A stretch of DNA of 64,000 nucleotides from Rhina ancylostomus (GCA_030265395.1 JARFYF010000104.1:78226436-78290435); one strand, 5' to 3'; shown: positions 22,961 through 36,320, counted from the first letter of the stretch. Numbers and translations are program-made. Notes: generated by a model from the sequence alone, not told the origin.

Positions 22961-24474
22961 ATCTGATCCACTAAATGTGACTGTTGCTCTGATGAAGCAA
23001 TAACATGTACACAATTTAAAACCTAATGTGTTATTGTCAATATCATATCTATCTACAGAAGTCTAATGACCGAGCTTAGCCATCTTTTCTTGTTTTACAT
23101 AATAATACAATTGTTTCCTTCTCATGCCAGATAGTTTTGTTGCTGCTAAGATGTTAAACCTTGTATAACCTCTATTCCATTTTGTGTCATGTTGAGTTTA
23201 ATGACTCTGGTGTATCCTATTTACTGCCAATACAATAAAGCTACTGCTCTGCTAAAAGCCTTTTTTCATCAAGCCACGTTTATTGTACCTCTACGAATGC
23301 TGTCAAGACCAAGATCTTTCAAGCAATGCTGGGTAGGCTCTTGGGCCTTACACTGAGACCAAATTGTGAATGATAACGGATGAATGCCTATTCTCAATTA
23401 TTTCCCTTTCAACTCATGAAATGACCTGTGAACTCAATTAATGAATGTTAGTAAAGAAATAAAACGGATGAAGGGATAGTAGTTCATCAGTGTTAGACTG
23501 TGGAACTCCTTGACAATACTCAGGTCAAAATATTGTAATGAGAAGCTGAAGATGCAAAGTGTGGATCAGTGATATAGCTCTGAAGCATATGGATGATACC
23601 ATCAGCATTAGGAAGATTAGAACAGTAGCAGCACGTAAGAAGAGAAGGATGAAGGGATGAAAGTTTTTTGCTGAATGCAATAAAATATTAGGCCTGAATA
23701 TAACAAGTCAGATTGAGTGAAAAGTACAGAAAGGACATCTGGAGTCCTTGGCACATTTGAGGTGATTGGTATTATATAGATTCATGCTAAAGAGACTGGT
23801 GACTATGGTTATAGCAAATAAGAAGTCACTCACATTCTGAGAATGATAGAAATAAATATATACTAGAATAATGAAACAACAGCCTTGTACTTATTCCATC
23901 AGAGGTTAAAAATTAAAATGATTGAATGCTAACTTGTACAGGATACAAAAAGTCTCATGGGAAAGTTACCATTATGCATGATGAATAAAGAATTGTTAAG
24001 GAAAGTCAAAAGATCTCTGATGATAGATCACTGCTGATGAGGAGTGCAAGAAATGTGTGATATTCAAAAAAGAAAAACACTTCTGATGGAACCACGTTTT
24101 TGTGTCTTTCTCTTTCACAGGATGAATTAAATGCTCTTCATGTCCATCGTTTTCTCTAAGGTATATTACAGTGTCCAATTGCTATACTATTCAGAGCATA
24201 GTTAAAATGAAACTTATGAACCTTCTGGTTTAGATGACCCATTGTTTTACCAAATTATTCGTGAACCTACCACAGTGAACACACTGTAACTGGTGATTCA
24301 GAAACTGGACTTATAAATATAATGGTTACTTCACTATTCAAATTTTAATTAAGTAAGGGGAGTCATTGGTTAGTTTGAAAAGTATTAAATGTTTCAATGA
24401 TTTTGATAAGTAAAGTAAAACAAAGATGACTTTCATAATTGCCATGCATTGGTATGGTTGAAGTCTTCTACACA

Positions 24475-25315
24475 GATGGAGACGAAAGAGACAGCAGATG
24501 CTGGAATCTGGATCAACAAACAAAGTGCTGGAGGAACTCAGCAGGTCAGCAAACATCTGTGGAGGGAAAAGGGAAACTAGCGCAAACACACAACAGTCCT
24601 CACTGAGGGGTCTGCAGTGGAAAATGTGAGCAGTTTCAAATTCCTGGGTGTCAACTTCTCGGAAGATCTAGCTTGGGCCCAACACATTGATGCAATCACA
24701 AAGAAGGCTCTGCTTCGTTAGGAGCTTGAGGCGATTTGGTATGGCATCAAAAACTCCTGCAAGTTTCTATAGGTGTATGGTGAAGAACATTCTGACTGGT
24801 TGCATCACAGCCTGGTATGGACCCTCTAATGCACTGGATCGCAAGAGGTTGCAGAGGGTTGTAGGTTCATCTTGTTCCATCATGGGCACAACCCTCCCAC
24901 CATCAAGGACATCTTCAAGGGGCAGTGCCTCAAGAAGGCAGATTCCATCACTAAGGACCCTCACCATCCGGGACATGCCCTCTTCTCATTACTACATCAG
25001 GGAGGATGTATAGGAACCTGAAGACCCACACTCAACAATTCAGGAAGAGTTTCTTACCCTCTGCCATCAGAGTTCATAATGATTGATGAACCCACAAACA
25101 CTACCTCATTTTACATTGATTTTTTGCACTATTTATTTATTTTGTAATTTATGGTAATTTTTATGTCTTTGCACTGTACTGATGCTGCAAAACAACAAAT
25201 TTCATGTCATATATGTCAATGATAATAAACCTGATTCTGATTCTGGACAATTGATGTTTTGGGTCTTGACTGTCCATTTCCCTACACAGATGCTGCCTGA
25301 TCTGCTAAGTTCTGG
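24475..25315. mobile_element. Inverted Penelope-like repeat pair split by a Rex1 insertion
   Basis: The minus-oriented arm is at 24475-24575 and the remainder plus a plus-oriented arm at 25244-25315 (CAGATGCTGCCTGATCTGCTAAGTTC). Confidence 0.7.
24580..25243 (+). mobile_element. Rex1/Babar-type LINE 3' part
   Basis: VENVSSFKFLGV...LRRFGMASKTPASFYRCMVKNILTGCITAWYG..DRKRLQRVV, with the tail GATAATAAACCTGATTCTGATTCTG. Confidence 0.93.
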
Positions 25316-26539
25316 ATAAATATATCTTATTCTGAAAGTGATCTGGGCTATTGGATTCTAAAACTGCCAAGGAGGAAGTTTAAAAGAGTGGAGAGTTTAC
25401 AGATCTATAAGTTGGTATGACTGACTATAACATTATAAATCCTTTCAGATCGAATTGTTATCGATATATCGGGGAATTACATAGCGTATCTGCAATTTAA
25501 ATAGTACTTAATAAGATTTTGTAATATTAATAGTCCCATTGTTCATTTTCCCACTTTGAACTGTCTCTGTTCTGGTTTTGTTATAGTGCAGAGCATGTTC
25601 AAGGAGCACTGGAATAGAACTGCCTATTCTCATTTTCTTCCATGATTCAAATCCTGGCATTTGTACATTTTACTGGTGTCCCAGTTCACCTTTGGCACTG
25701 TGATCATAGTCATTAAAAAATACACAAGATACTTTTTATCCTCCTATGATTATGTATAAACAATGGGGTGTCTATTTTCTACAGATTTGTATACTTTGCA
25801 TCTTCTTCAAATGAATGGTATGCATAATTTGAATGTACTTACTGGCATGAAAGGGCTTGACCAGCAAATAATACCATGCTATGTTTTGTCATACCTGTGT
25901 ACCAGCAGTTATCCTGTGATATTGAAAGGTAGTTCCCAAAATGAACAGCTGGAGATCAAATCCACAGCTTCCCTTTTGCAACTTTGACTATTAAGCTACA
26001 ATGTACATAATCAGTTATGTAAAGGTATCAGGATCAAAAACTCTGTGGGAGTTATAGCAACCAACCAATTAGTTCTAGGAACATGTTATTGACATCACAA
26101 TTTATTACTGCACTTTTATTGCTGCCTCTGATCTTTCACCCGTCTTTAGGTTTCTGTTGCAGTGTCTGCCTGCTCACTTGTCCTTTAATGGATTTTCTTT
26201 TATTGGTTCCTGCAACATTCCTCCAGCTTTGGAGCTTTTTATGCTTGTTTCAATGTGGTTATTCCATTTTAATACCTTTTCTCTCATAGTTCAAGCACTG
26301 TGTAACAGAAAAATAAGGAGCTTATTTTCTGTCTCTGCTGTCAGTCATTCTAATTCCTTACCAGCTTAAAAAGGATTCACTATGGAAGGGACAAATGATT
26401 CAGAGTACTGTAACTCTACAGTTGTTTTTCTATGAAAATTCTGCAGGAGAGGAAGATTATGATTTTGGAACTGGGAACATTTCTAGAGTTGATCATATGA
26501 TTTAGGTGAATGAATGCCATTGAGTCTTGAGATCAGGAT

Positions 26540-26690
26540 GGGCTTGGATTCAGTCTTCAGCTTGTGATCAGGTAGCCTGATTTAATTGGGATCAAAATGT
26601 TGCAGTTGTCCCCAACAGCACTTGGTTAAGGAGAGTAAAAATTCAGCTGGCATGCCATCCCTTGTCAGCCATCCAGTGCTGGTATTTATC
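26540..26690 (+). mobile_element. Old SINE-like repeat related to 1700-1900
   Basis: GGTTAAGGAGAGTAAAAATTCAGCTGG...CAGCCATCCAGTG is similar to the 1700-1900 copy. Confidence 0.4.
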
Positions 26691-26979
26691 TGCATATTGT
26701 TTGAAGAGCAGTTTCGAATTAAATCTCTGGATTAAATACTTGCCAACATTTTCAGAACTGGAAGTTCTTTTGCCTAGTGCAATGTGTATGCTGTACATTT
26801 CTGAAAGTTTGACCTGGTCCTTCCTGGTTATGATTAACATGATCATGAAGGTTCACTGGGAATACATAGTGAGGTGAAGTGGCATGCAACACACATTTTG
26901 ACATTGCTTCAACAAAATTGATTTGTATAATTGAGGCTTGCACACAAGATGAACCACCCACAATGAAGCAGGCTTTAAC

Positions 26980-28120
26980 TGAAGAGATCATAACCAAGGA
27001 TTATGTGGCATTACTGTTGAGCTAAATGAGAAGAATTGAAAAACAAAACTGCAGCTCAAATCTGGGCATTCATAAAGTGCTGTTGACCATCAATAGCAGC
27101 AGAAATGTGCACCACCACAATCTAACCCACATCGGCTGGCACATCCCTCACCCCACCATTACTATTAAGCCAGAGGACCAATGCAGGATCAATGAAAAGT
27201 GCAAAAGGTTATGTTGGGAGCAGAACCAGGTCCAGCTAAAATATGATAAAGCTGCAATGCAGGATTACATGTACGTTGAATACAAAGACCAGTGTGCAAT
27301 AGGTGAGCTAAGGAATCACGCAACCAATGAATCAGGTTAAAGCTTAACAGTCCAGCCACATTTCCGCATGAATTGTGATAGACAATTAAATAGCCAATGG
27401 GTATGAAATTCATCATACCCACGCTTCAAATATGTACCAAAGAGATGATATCAAAGCACAATTTGACCATGTGTGGCATCAAGACACCCTGGTAAAACTG
27501 AAGTCAATCCACTCTAGCAGGGCCATCATTGACCAGAAATTCAATGGGACCAGCCACATTAACACAGAAGTAGATTGGGTGCCCTGTGATTCCTCTTGAT
27601 GTCACAAGGCACAATTCTACCAGGTACTATCACGAAGCACGTTAGAAATGTGATGGAGTACTGTTCATTTTCCCTGATTACTGTAGCTCCAAAAGCAGTC
27701 AAAAATCTCAGCAACATCTAGGATGAAGTGAGAAGCATAAGTGGCACCTCATTAATCATCTTAAACATTCATTCCCTCCACCACTGGTGCATGGTGGCTG
27801 TAGATCACACCATCTACAAAATACACTGTACTTACTCTTGCAGGGGACCCAAACAGCACCTCCACACCTGTGAACCTCTACTCTCATGAAGGACAAGGCA
27901 ACTAGGTGCAGTGCAACACCTCCACTTGAAGGTTTCCCATCAGGAACCATGTCCCTACTCGTTCATTATCGTTGAATCTAATTGCTGGAACTCTCAGCTA
28001 AAAGGCATTGTGGGGGGCCCCTCACCAGAAGAATTGTGACTTGGATTCAGTAGTGCACCACCACCTTTTCAAGGGCAATTCGGGATAAGAACAAAATGTG
28101 ACACATCTGAAAAATGATTA
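26980..28120 (+). mobile_element. Old CR1/L2-group LINE, internally deleted
   Basis: Peptide HIPHPTITIKPEDQCRINEKCKRLCWEQ; a FDxVWHQ-like segment (TTTGACCATGTGTGGCATCAA); tail CACCACCACCTTTTCAAGGGCAATTCGGGATA. Confidence 0.8.
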
Positions 28121-28494
28121 ACTAAGAGAAAAGTTAGCCCACTGTTGAAGAATCCAAGGCATCAATTGGAGTTTAAACGTAGCTTGACTTTGAGCCAATA
28201 TGCCTGGAGCATCTGACTATATGTCCATCCAACAAGACTCGGAACCACACAAATGCATGCGTGGCTGCACACATNNNNNNNNNNNNNNNNNNNNNNNNNN
28301 NNNNNNNNNNNNNNNNNNNNNNNNNNNNNNNNNNNNNNNNNNNNNNNNNNNNNNNNNNNNNNNNNNNNNNNNNNTCGGAAACACACAAATGCATGCGTGG
28401 CTTCACACATCCTACCACACAATTGCATGCTTGACATACCCAAACACTTATTGACTATGAATCAAAAGGAAACCATTTGAGTCCTGGTACAGTA

Positions 28495-28765
28495 ATCCCA
28501 TTAATCTTATCTCTCTCTTCTTGCCCAGTGGCTCTGCAATTTATTCTCTCTCTCTCCTGCTCATCAATTCAATTTTTTTGCCAGTTATCTACGCTAAGAG
28601 GTCATTTATAGCAGCCAATTTATCTGCCACTATCTGCGATTTGAGCAGAAACAGTAGAAACCCATAAGGTTATGGGAAGAATGTGCAGACAGCACTCATC
28701 GTGGGGATTGAACCAAGTCCCTGGAGTTGTGAGGTTAGGGTGCTAACAACTGCAGCACACTTCCT
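28495..28765 (-). mobile_element. V-SINE/HE1-type SINE, decayed
   Basis: GAAACCCATAAGGTTATGGGAAGAATGTGCAGACAGCAC...GGATTGAACC..GTCCCTGGAGTTGTGAGG. Confidence 0.75.
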
Positions 28766-29029
28766 CCCACTAATGGCCTGATGTGCCAAACCCCAAAGTC
28801 CTATTCCCTGATGTCCTCCATTGCTCCAGTCCCTGAGGACACATAGGCCAAAGTCTCAATCCTGAAACTCCTTCCCTGATGCTGTATTCCCTGATGCAAC
28901 ACAACTCTATTTTGTACCCTTTATACAAAGGCCTCAGCTTCTTTCACCACCCCGCACACCATCCATCAGATTCATGGCCTACTTGACATCTTCCAAGAGC
29001 TCCTTTTAGGTGAAGCTAGCAGTGGGAAG

Positions 29030-29122
29030 GCCAAGGACAGATCAGCCATAATCACAATGAATGGGAGGGCAGGCCTGAGGGTTTGAGTGGCCTATTCCTG
29101 TTCCTGTTTTCTTATGTTCTTT
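29030..29122 (+). mobile_element. CR1 3' tail fragment
   Basis: GATCAGCCATAATC...GGCAGGCCTGAGG...TGGCCTATTCCTGTTCCTGTTTTCTTATGTTCT. Confidence 0.75.
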
Positions 29123-32100
29123 GCACAGTGTATGCAAGGCCTGAACAATCAACTGAAATGCTTTGGAGTCTAGTGTGTGATAAAATTTTGCTACCGGTTG
29201 CAAAATTGGGACTGGTCACTGGACTACTTAAATGCTTCTATCCCTCTGCAGAAACATTTCTNNNNNNNNNNTTTCACACAGGAAAAATGATACCAGTCCC
29301 AAGACTGTGAAACACTGCCCCAGTATACAATGAAGAGTGAGAAAAGGAAACAACTCTTATGTTATGTTTAGTCAACAATTTTGGTTCTAAATTTAATCTG
29401 TGTAGAATTCACAATGTTTTGCCATAAGTACCCTTAAATGGCAATTTGTAAAACAAACGTAAAAGGTGCAACTTCAACAACAGAGAGTAAGAATTTGGCA
29501 GTTTAAGCCCAATTGTTAATGTCACTATGCAGACAAAGCAAATATGGTTAAAAATCATTTTCCTCAAATCAGTTTGATGTTTCCTGTTCTAATACAGGTC
29601 TTTCAGAATATTTATTGATGGATGGAAATTTTTGTATTCTGAACTGACGTCTACTAAGCTAAGGCACAAAAATATTATGTGTGATTGATGGTTTTTTATT
29701 TATGAGATGATAACCATCAAAGGCCATTTCTCCACAAGAAATTAATGGTTTAAAACCATGGCAGTATATTGAATATAATTTTAGAATAGTTTCAATTAAC
29801 ATTGAGTTTATGCTCTGTTCTTGCATCACATTCACAGCTGTTCTCCATTCTATTTGTTTTTCTCATATCTAGTAACCTAAAATAAATGCTTTCTCTCATT
29901 CCATGGCCTTACATGTGACCTATTCCTTATCTCTACAAAGAAACATTTCCTGATAGCATATTCCCTCCTCATGGCACTTATCACTAACCTTTCATAAATA
30001 ATCCAAGCTAACAGCTTTTATTACTGCTGGAAGGAATGCTACTATAAACCTAACAACATTTCCCAAGGATACAACTGATAAATGTTGCAGCTCGGAAGGC
30101 TAATTCATTGAATGTCATTCTCACTACTCAATCTCTCGGAATGAGAATTTGTATACATCTTGACTAAAGCCTGCAGTGTGTTAAGTACAGTGTATGAAAA
30201 CTCTGACCTTGATTGTTCAACTAGACAATGTGATTTCAGTAGACAATACTATAGTTCCTGTGAGAATTGCTCTCTTTTGAGACTACTTCATTTCTCTGCA
30301 ATAGAATGATACCAATAGAACAGACCAAATGCACGAATGGCCCCTTGATCTGTAAGAATTCTTTGTAGACTCTTAGGCCAGATCAGGTAAGCGTGGCTGT
30401 AAACAGCTTTAGGCAACCATTCAAATACACTTTCAATTGCCTTATCACAATTTTCTGGGGGAGTTTTAAATCTACATTTCCAGTAAAAGACCTGAGTAGA
30501 TATGCATGAGAACAGCAAATAGAAAGAATTACAACACAGAATACTAAGAAAGGAAAACAGCAGTTCATATCTGGGTCAAAGAGTAATTACTGGTCTCTGG
30601 GAAAACAATTTCATTGAAAATTAATGCCTCATGTTTTTCACAGCTTAAGGAGAAATAAACCAAGCAGTGAAGGTTTCAATAAACATTTTGTTCATTCCTT
30701 TCAACAGCAGAAATATAACTCGTTTTACCAATGTGGTGATACAGTTACCAGACTTTTTCACGTGTGTGTCTGTTTGTGTGTTCAATGTGTTCTTTTGTGA
30801 AACAAGGAGCTTCTGATTGAGTAAACTTCCAGTCTTATTACACATAAAATAGTTTTGGCATTAACATTATAACTGTACATTCAGTTACAGTTAATGTGTA
30901 CCTAATTAAACTGTTTCATAATATCTGTCTCTGGGATGTTAGGACTGAACATAATTTTCCCTTTTTAACTTCAGTTAAAAAGCTTATTTACAGTCATCTT
31001 TGCCACAGTTTTTAGATAATTAGAAATTACAAATCTGCTTTTTTAATGTGCCTCAGATATATTCCAAAGCAATTCAAATGCAATAAATTATTTTGTAGTT
31101 CATACTGCAGTGTAGCCAGACAATGTATGTGCCAGTTGATTATATCAATACAAGAGAAAATTGCTTTTGGGAAGGGTAGCAGGTTCTTTTGATTTTTTAC
31201 CATGTTGTAAAATAGTTGATAACAAATTAGTGGTCTGCTCTTGAATCTATTTTTTATTTCAATTTCATGTTCAATATTATAGTCCAAGCCTAAATTCAAT
31301 AAATTATCAAATTATCTAATAAGTACTGTCTCTATATCTGAACATTATTCAATGTTATTTAATATCAGAATATTACCCACTACACTGTAGAGGAACAACA
31401 GTGTTCTGAAGAACTTAGATTCCTCAGAACTGTCACATAATAAATAGAACATTTCTGGTACAGGTACCAAAAGCACATGACCTAACCTAACTCTACACCC
31501 CCACACTAGTATTATATAGTATTCTGCAGACCCAAAGCTGTAAATATTTGTTACCACAGTCATACCAACGTATTCTACATTTAGTAAAAGAAACATTGAA
31601 TACACTCCAAATATAATATACATAACTTTATATAATTTACATGTGTAAATTTACTATACAAATATCTGTACCATTCAGTAGCAAGAGTTACAAAGCACTC
31701 ATTACAATCAAAGTACACTCACCCAACTTTGGTTTATGTTTTGCGATTTTACCAGTGGATTCATAAAAATGTTAAATTATGTTCATGTACATCATGTAAG
31801 GATTGGGATCACATGGCCAAGGGTATTATCCATTACTCACATTTTATTTTCAAAACAAAAGCGCAATTACCTACATCTGGGTATACAGTTATTCACATGC
31901 AGTGAGTGGCTATATTGCACAGCACTGTATCAGGCAATGGCTACCATATTATAATATAACCTGTTACTGCAGAACTATCTTCTCTTAAAAGGCCAAGATT
32001 ACACACCAAATGTTCTTNNNNNNNNNNNNNNNNNNNNNNNNNNNNNNNNNNNNNNNNNNNNNNNNNNNNNNNNNNNNNNNNNNNNNNNNNNNNNNNNNNN

Positions 32101-33426
32101 NNNNNNNNNNNNNNNNNGTTCTTTCAAAACTTACTGTGGGAGTTGAACTCTTTTTAACCTGGGCCCCTCTCTTTCTATCAGTCCACCATTTCAACAGCAA
32201 GATATCACTTGCCTGCTGAGAAACATTTAAAGTCACTGGACTACTCTAGCAAACGATAGCTTCATGACTCCTAAATGAAAAAAAATCAACTCTAGCTCAG
32301 AGATCTGTGAGTTGATAGCAGATAATTGGTGGCTCAGGGGACTAAGTCTCCTGGCAAAACCCAAGGTTTCAAATGCTGTGGAATTAATTTAGTCAAGGAT
32401 GAAACAGGTTTTTCAGTTGCAGCCTTGCAGCCAAGCATAATTAACTTTACAAAGCTTCAGTGATAATCACATATTTTGTCTGCTGTTCAAAAGAAAGGAT
32501 TCTATTTATTTCTTATGATTATATATTTTTAGGTCAGTGCAATATCAGGTTTCAGGTTTTTTTTAAACAGAGGCAACAGCTCAGCTTTCAAAGTAAAGAC
32601 TGTCTCAGCTTTTGGAGTGTGGGGGGAGACCACCATTTCCAGTTTGGTATGAATGTCAATATGCAGCATGAACAGACTTGGCACGTTTGAGTGAAAACAT
32701 ACATTTGTAAAGCCTGAAATTCAGTGTTTATATGATCATGGGAGGAGGACATCTGAAGGTTATCCAATATTTTTTTACAAGTCTGTTCAAAGGAAACACT
32801 ATTGCCTGAATTCTGTTTGACAGCAATGGAACAAAAGGTTCTGCAATTCTCATTGGCCTTTTAGACAGCTGCTTGAAAAGTAGATTCAATTATTCCAATG
32901 CTCTGCTTTCCAACAAACGTGCTATGTAAGCTCTGTCATCAGGAAAATTTTTATTTTAACATAAATTGACCTAGACATTGGACTTTTACATAACAAAGGC
33001 ACACCCTCCCAGTCGACACTGCAAGTTTTTCTTACTGACATGTGGAATGTGGCAAAAACTGGAAAATCTGGTGCCCAGATTAGTCAAGCATATTCACAAA
33101 AGCCATATTCACAAAACTACACAAATCTACCTACGTCCCAGACTCCTCCTTCACCAACTCCAGGTACTTTTTGACCTACAAACTCATCAGAGATGGTAGT
33201 CAAATGGGAATCCTTGACAAAGATTCTGGAACCCATAATGTCTTGTGGCATCATATCAAACGTTGAAAACCTCCAGCTGATTATCACCTACCTCACATTT
33301 TTCAACTCATTAACCAATATCACCACTTTGAACTTGGAATAAGAATTGAGTGCAGCAAGTGCACAGAATGTACCCTGAATCAGGAAACTTTAGTGTCCAT
33401 CATGAAGAATGACCCGGTAGAACCAG

Positions 33427-33562
33427 GAGACACAAGAGACTGCAGATGCTGGAATCTGGAACAACAAACAATCTGCTGCAGGAACTCAGCGGGTTAAAAA
33501 TTCCTTTCCCCCCCCATAGATGCTGCTTGACCCACTGAGTTCCTCCAGAAAATTGTTTGTTG
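33427..33562. mobile_element. Inverted Penelope-like repeat pair
   Basis: CAACAAACAAT..CTGCAGGAACTCAGCGGGT pairs with ACCCACTGAGTTCCTCCAG..ATTGTTTGTTG. Confidence 0.85.
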
Positions 33563-33804
33563 GTAGACCCAGGAGCTGGGGGAATCCTGAATGACATGGT
33601 TGCCAGGCTGTTGTGGTTGGTGAAAGAATTAATAAGAAGGAGAAATCTAACTGATCTCACCATCATGACTCTATCTGTCAGTGCTACATCTGTCCCTGAC
33701 ACTATTGGTAAGAATGGTCTACACACAGCCCCAGTGGAGGAAAACTCCTAAGCTTGCACTGAGCACATCCTTCATCTTGTTGTAACATGCAAAAGTGCCG
33801 GACA

Positions 33805-33955
33805 AACTCAGAGGGTCAGGCAGCATCTACCCACCTCGACCCAAAATGTCGACTGTCCATTTCCCTCCATAGATGCTGCCTGACCCACTAAATTCTTCCA
33901 GCACCTCTGTGTGTTGCTCCAGATTTCCAGCAAGTGCAGTCTCTTGTGTCTCCAT
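33805..33955. mobile_element. Inverted Penelope-like repeat pair
   Basis: A perfect 17-bp inverted repeat, GGGTCAGGCAGCATCTA (33813-33829) / TAGATGCTGCCTGACCC (33870-33886), flanking a hammerhead 3' half. Confidence 0.85.
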
Positions 33956-35009
33956 CTTGTTGTGTTGGATAGATTCAGAATCACACAAAATTGAACAATC
34001 ATGAGATGTTGTGGGCCCTCAGCAGTAACAAAATTATATTTTGCCACAATATGAAACAATGCCCAACATATTCCTTGCTTTACTATTACCTTCTAGCTAA
34101 ATAATCATTGATGGTTCAATAAGATACCTGGAGAACGATGTCAGAAGATACACCAGGCCTACTTGAACAAGTTATGCCAATGCCTGGAGAAGCTATAACA
34201 CAGGACTACATTCATGATTAATAGTTGAAATACCCTGCTCGAACTAGAGGTAAGCCATCCTTACCCTGGCATCTGGCACCCTGTCATATCATATCCAGTT
34301 ATGACTGGTGACAAATCATTAAGCAACCAAAAGGAAAAGAAGGGAGTTCTATTAACATCACCATCTGCACTATTGGTAGGGCCCAACATATTCACAAAGC
34401 TGAAGGGTTTGCAGTTATCTTCACCCAGAAGTACTGAGCAAGTACTGAGTAAGAGATTCATCTTATCCACCTTCAAAGTCTTCACCATCAGATTTTTCAG
34501 TCTTCAATCAATTCAGTCTTCATGTAACACCAAAATATGATTGAGTAAGACCAGATGCAACAAAGGCAATGGGTCCCAATAGCTTCCTGATTGTAGTGCT
34601 GAAGTTGTTTGTTCTAGATCTCGACATGTCTTTAGTAAAGCTGTTCCAGTACAGCTTCAATCCTGGCATCTAATTGCAGCTGTGGAACACTGCCATCAAA
34701 TCTCATCCACAAAAAGCAGGACAACTCTAATGAGATTTTGGGCTGTGAATAAATGATACCAATTAACCTGCTCTCAATCATCAGTCAAATGATGTAAGGT
34801 GCCTTTAGATGTGCGACCAAGTAGCATTTACGTTCCAATAACTTGCTCACCAATACACAGTTTGGGGTTTGCCAGGAAGACTCTACCTGAGACCTCATTA
34901 CAGAATAGCAAAGAGTGGTGAATTCGAGTGCAAATGATTATCTTCAACATGGAATGAGATGAGAGAGAATTCCTTCTCTCAGATAATTGTAACTCTGATA
35001 CACCTAGTG

Positions 35010-35160
35010 AGGGAAGAGCTTTGTGTGAATTTAAGGCTGAGATAGGAATACCAATCAGTAAGGGAAAGGACAGGAGAGTGAACTTGAGGAATATCAGATC
35101 AGTCATGACCCAGAGGAATGGTGGAGTAGGCATGAGAGGATGAATAGTCTATTCTTGTTG
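35010..35160 (+). mobile_element. CR1 3' tail
   Basis: ATTTAAGGCTGAGATAG...GATCAGTCATGA...AATGGTGGAGTAGGCATGAGAGG..GAATAGTCTATTCTTG. Confidence 0.7.
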
Positions 35161-35477
35161 CTCCAACACCTTTCAAAAGGTTGTCTTCATCCAGAACAAA
35201 GCACACTGTTTGATTGGCATTCCACCTTCCACCTTAACAAAATCACTTCTTCCATCAACGGTCCAATGTGGATGAAATATACATCTTCTACAAGGTGCAC
35301 TGCAATGTTTTGCTGAGAAAGGTTCAATTACACCTCCCAAATGCATGATGTCTACCACCTAGAAGTAAAAGTGTAGTAAGCACAATGCTGTCTTCCAAAT
35401 CTCATTTCATCTTGAGTTCTCAAGAGCATTAAGGCTGAAGAAATGATATTCTTCAGGAATTATGCAACATTTAACAC

Positions 35478-35580
35478 TTCAGATCTTGGCCTGAAATGTT
35501 GACCGTTCACTTCCCTTTGTAGATACTGCCTGACCTGCTGAGTTCCTCCAGCGTTTTGTGTTTGTTGCTCTCGATCTAGA
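35478..35580 (+). mobile_element. Penelope-like terminal repeat
   Basis: TCTTGGCCTGAAATGTTGAC...AGATACTGCCTGACCTGCTGAGTTCCTCCAGCGTTTTGTG. Confidence 0.85.
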
Positions 35581-35727
35581 ATGTTGTTATCATGAAATTG
35601 TTTTAGAGTTGAGGGTCTTTTGAAGATGGCTATAAGGATCTGCCAAAGGCTGAGATGGAGGATAAGCAAAGTAGAAATATTACCCAGTCTTTAACGCACT
35701 TAAGCTTCCACATTTCCATATGCTGGC

Positions 35728-36027
35728 TCACAGAGCAATCCCATTCTCCCACTAATTTTCCTTACAGACTCTCCCTACATTCCCATCTACTCCCCCCAGA
35801 TTCTACGACTCACCTTTACACTGGGGGCAACTTACAGTGGCCAATTAACCTGCCAACCTGCGCACCTTTGGGATGTGGGAGGAAACTGGAGCACCCAGAG
35901 GAAATCTGTACAGTCAAAGTGAGAACACAGGGAGAGCTCCACAAAGACAGCACCAGAGGTGAGGATTGAACCCAGGTCACTGGAGCTGTAGGGCAGCAGT
36001 TCTACCAGATGCACCACTGTGGTGCCA
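35728..36027 (-). mobile_element. V-SINE/HE1-type SINE
   Basis: CTTTGGGATGTGGGAGGAAACTGGAGCACCCAGAGGAAA...GGATTGAACCCAGGTCACTGGAGCTG...TGCACCACTGTG. Confidence 0.88.
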
Positions 36028-36029
36028 AG

Positions 36030-36320
36030 ATCATTCTGGCCCATCAAGTTTATGTCAACTCACAAAACAATCCCATTCCCCCACACGTTTTTCCTCATAA
36101 TTTTCCTCATAAACTATTCTGCTCACATTCTCATTAAATGCACCAACCACATATACTTTGGGCGATTTACAGTGGCCAATTAACTGACTAACTTGTATGT
36201 CTTTGGGATGTGAGGAGAAGCTGGGATACCCAGAGGGAAAATGTGCAAACTCCACACAACACCAGAAGTCAGTATCGAACAAGGTTGAGCAGCAGCTCTG
36301 CTTGTTGTGCCACTGAGCAA
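36030..36320 (-). mobile_element. Second adjacent V-SINE/HE1-type SINE
   Basis: TTTACAGTGGCCAATTAAC...TCTTTGGGATGTGAGGAGAAGCTGG...GTGCAAACTCCACACA. Confidence 0.8.

Larger units (their letters stand above)
33000..35400 (+). mobile_element. Old CR1/L2-group LINE (endonuclease to RT), decayed, with nested insertions
   Basis: Endonuclease-like pieces (DSGTHNVLWHH; SAQNV...FSVHH; AGGILNDMVARL..VKELIRRRNLTDL...VPDTIGKN) and RT-like pieces (CCAATTAACCTGCTCTCAATCATCAG; CAGTTTGGGGTTTGCCAG). Confidence 0.75.

Noticed and set aside
28239-28410. Duplicated TCGGAA.CACACAAATGCATGCGTGGCT.CACACAT flanking a gap
   Set aside because: Same gap-edge overlap artefact. Shorter cases occur near 32010-32125 and 58964-59078.
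29590-29690. Acceptor-like site followed by the open frame SFRIFIDGWKFLYSELTSTKLR
   Set aside because: There is no convincing donor and no recognisable homology.
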